Of a DNA stretch of 58,172 bases, positions 56,702 to 58,172 are shown piece by piece (position 1 is the stretch's first letter; each line of letters opens with the position of its first letter). A program made the position numbers and the translations under genes. This stretch comes from a virus (taxonomy: Duplodnaviria > Caudoviricetes). The notes beneath the pieces are model-generated. The model searched no databases and was not told where the DNA came from. It saw nothing but the letters and a program-made list of their open reading frames with translations. Where the stretch lies: positions 1 through 58,172 of the IMG/VR virus record IMGVR_UViG_3300036766_000221. The stretch is one strand, 5' to 3'.

Positions 56702-57207
56702 AACCCAATCCCCGGCGCGTCGCCCGGCGAGCGCCCAAAGTGCCCCTTGTACCAGCGGCAGAATCCGTCGAGTGAGTCAACCCACGTCGCCTCCGCTCCA
56801 CTCACCCGCGCGCCAGCGAGCCAGTTGAGCTGATGCGGTTTCGGCTTCTGGCCTGGAGCCTTGACCTCGACAAACAGCAACTCGCAACGATCTACGCCCT
56901 TGCCTGCCCACTTCGGGCGCCAAGCCGCGTAATCCGCCACGCCGCGCTCGCCGAAGCTCACCCAGCCTCCATGCGCGTTCTGGCGGGCACCGGCGCTCAT
57001 TCGATACACCCGCCAGCCCAGAGCTTTCAGATAGCCCACGATCTGCTCTTCAACTTGATTTTCGGGAAGATTCTCGCGGCGCCGTGTTGGTCGCGGGAGT
57101 CTCGCGGGAGTCTCGCGGGAAGACTTTCGGCTTGACTCTGTGGTATAAGCGCCGCCTCGTTGCATGAACTCGAATTGCGCAGGGGACATCTTCACGCGGC
57201 CGCTCAC
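56698..57207 (-). CDS. VRR-NUC domain nuclease, allele B
   Basis: GVAD and FVEVKAPGQKP..HQ..W motifs; GGAGG SD. Confidence 0.8.
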   Translation of the reverse strand: MSGRVKMSPAQFEFMQRGGAYTTESSRKSSRETPARLPRPTRRRENLPENQVEEQIVGYLKALGWRVYRMSAGARQNAHGGWVSFGERGVADYAAWRPKWAGKGVDRCELLFVEVKAPGQKPKPHQLNWLAGARVSGAEATWVDSLDGFCRWYKGHFGRSPGDAPGIGL

Positions 57208-57260
57208 GCCACCTCCGGCTTGAACACCTGCGCCAATTTTTGGTGTGCTGGCTGGTGGTC

Positions 57261-58016
57261 TCACGGTTTGAAGCACCTCGCAATCCACTCCGATAGAGGT
57301 CTGGGGATTTTCGCGATCTGCGCGGAGGCGAGCTTGCGCGCTGCTGATTTAGAGCCAGCTTTCCGTATCAGATCGTTCGTGGAGTCGTGCCACCATCCGC
57401 CTCCGAACTTCAGCCCGTCGTCATTCTCGCGCTGGCTTGTAAGATGAACGCCGCGCCCGCCGTTTCTCCGTGGGTCTGAGTATCCAGATATTTTCTGGCC
57501 GTCTCTCGCACCGCGATTCTTTGAGTCCGCTATCTTGAACCACGAACCTTGCGGATGCGCCGTCCCGTCAGGATTGAATTTGTGTGCGCGCCGGGTGCTC
57601 GGCATCAAGGCCGGCACATCACCCCATAGGTAATAACTCCCGTAATTCCAAACGGCTCTACCTACCCACTTCTGAGCGCCGCGCACGTTCTCCACCACCA
57701 TCGGGATGTACCGCCCGGCCGCTTCGCAGGCTTCACGCTGGATTATGAAGCACGCCTCGAACAGAGAGTTATCCGGCGGCGGCAGAGCCTTGGCGCGCTT
57801 CCAGGGCATCGCGCGGTAACTGTAGGCTTGACAGGGCGGGCTGGCCACAATCACCGTGGCGTTGCGGAACTGCGAGCCTTGAAGTGTGAGCACGTCCTGC
57901 AAGACAAGCTGGCCGGGATATGGACGCCGCTCGATGTCGAAGCCGATCACGTCGTAGCCTTCAGCCAAGAATCCTTCCGCCCAGCCGCCAAGCCCGCAGA
58001 ATAGATCAATCGCCAT
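57261..58016 (-). CDS. DNA (cytosine-5) methyltransferase
   Basis: DLFCGLGG, SPPCQ and VVENV motifs. Confidence 0.85.
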   Translation of the reverse strand: MAIDLFCGLGGWAEGFLAEGYDVIGFDIERRPYPGQLVLQDVLTLQGSQFRNATVIVASPPCQAYSYRAMPWKRAKALPPPDNSLFEACFIIQREACEAAGRYIPMVVENVRGAQKWVGRAVWNYGSYYLWGDVPALMPSTRRAHKFNPDGTAHPQGSWFKIADSKNRGARDGQKISGYSDPRRNGGRGVHLTSQRENDDGLKFGGGWWHDSTNDLIRKAGSKSAARKLASAQIAKIPRPLSEWIARCFKP

Positions 58017-58045
58017 CACGCAGCAGCTCCAGAACCTCTTCCATG

Positions 58046-58172
58046 ACCCAATCCTCGATCCCCTGCACCAGACCGCGTACATCTTCGTGCCCTGCTGCGA
58101 GCGCGGCCAGGCACTCCCGCTGCTCCTGAAGACAGCGCTCGATCACTTAACCTCACCGATGATTTCCCGCTT
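58046..58172. repeat. 127-bp exact repeat of 596..722
   Basis: Direct comparison. Confidence 0.97.

Noticed and set aside
58046-58172. Physical direct terminal repeat of the virion DNA
   Set aside because: Exactly 127 nt, matches an internal position and lies mid-operon; the HNH plus P27 terminase points to cos packaging

Overview
Near-complete ~57.4-kb temperate, HK97-type long-tailed phage genome. The circle is 596..58045: the last 127 nt repeat 596..722, and 1..595 is an alternative allele of 56640..58045. The host is probably Acidobacteriota-like (inference). Almost all genes are on the minus strand. Going round the circle: RHH-type immunity switch (9.2-9.9 kb), recombination/early genes, MTase/VRR-NUC, replication initiator, defective IS1595, xis, RAMP-like cassette, integrase, attP, HNH/terminase/portal/head, tail, then large signal-peptide-bearing fibre/adhesin genes. 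Main observations: (1) a stand-alone Cas7/RAMP-like gene and partner between xis and int, with three 5-nt-period GGC-NN (RRY-NN) arrays, suggesting a non-CRISPR RNA-guided or RNA-binding system; (2) a portal gene split by a full 233-nt group I intron and by a 45-nt core-less mini-intron that has its own P1/P10 and pairs with a 25-nt micro-exon, next to a free-standing GIY-YIG endonuclease; (3) an attP carrying the 5' half of tRNA-Sec; (4) a non-autonomous IS1595-type cassette with an 8-bp TSD carrying a RyR-domain gene; (5) a PEP-CTERM moron and several tail-fibre-like proteins with Sec signal peptides. All family calls come from visual motif recognition, not database searches.
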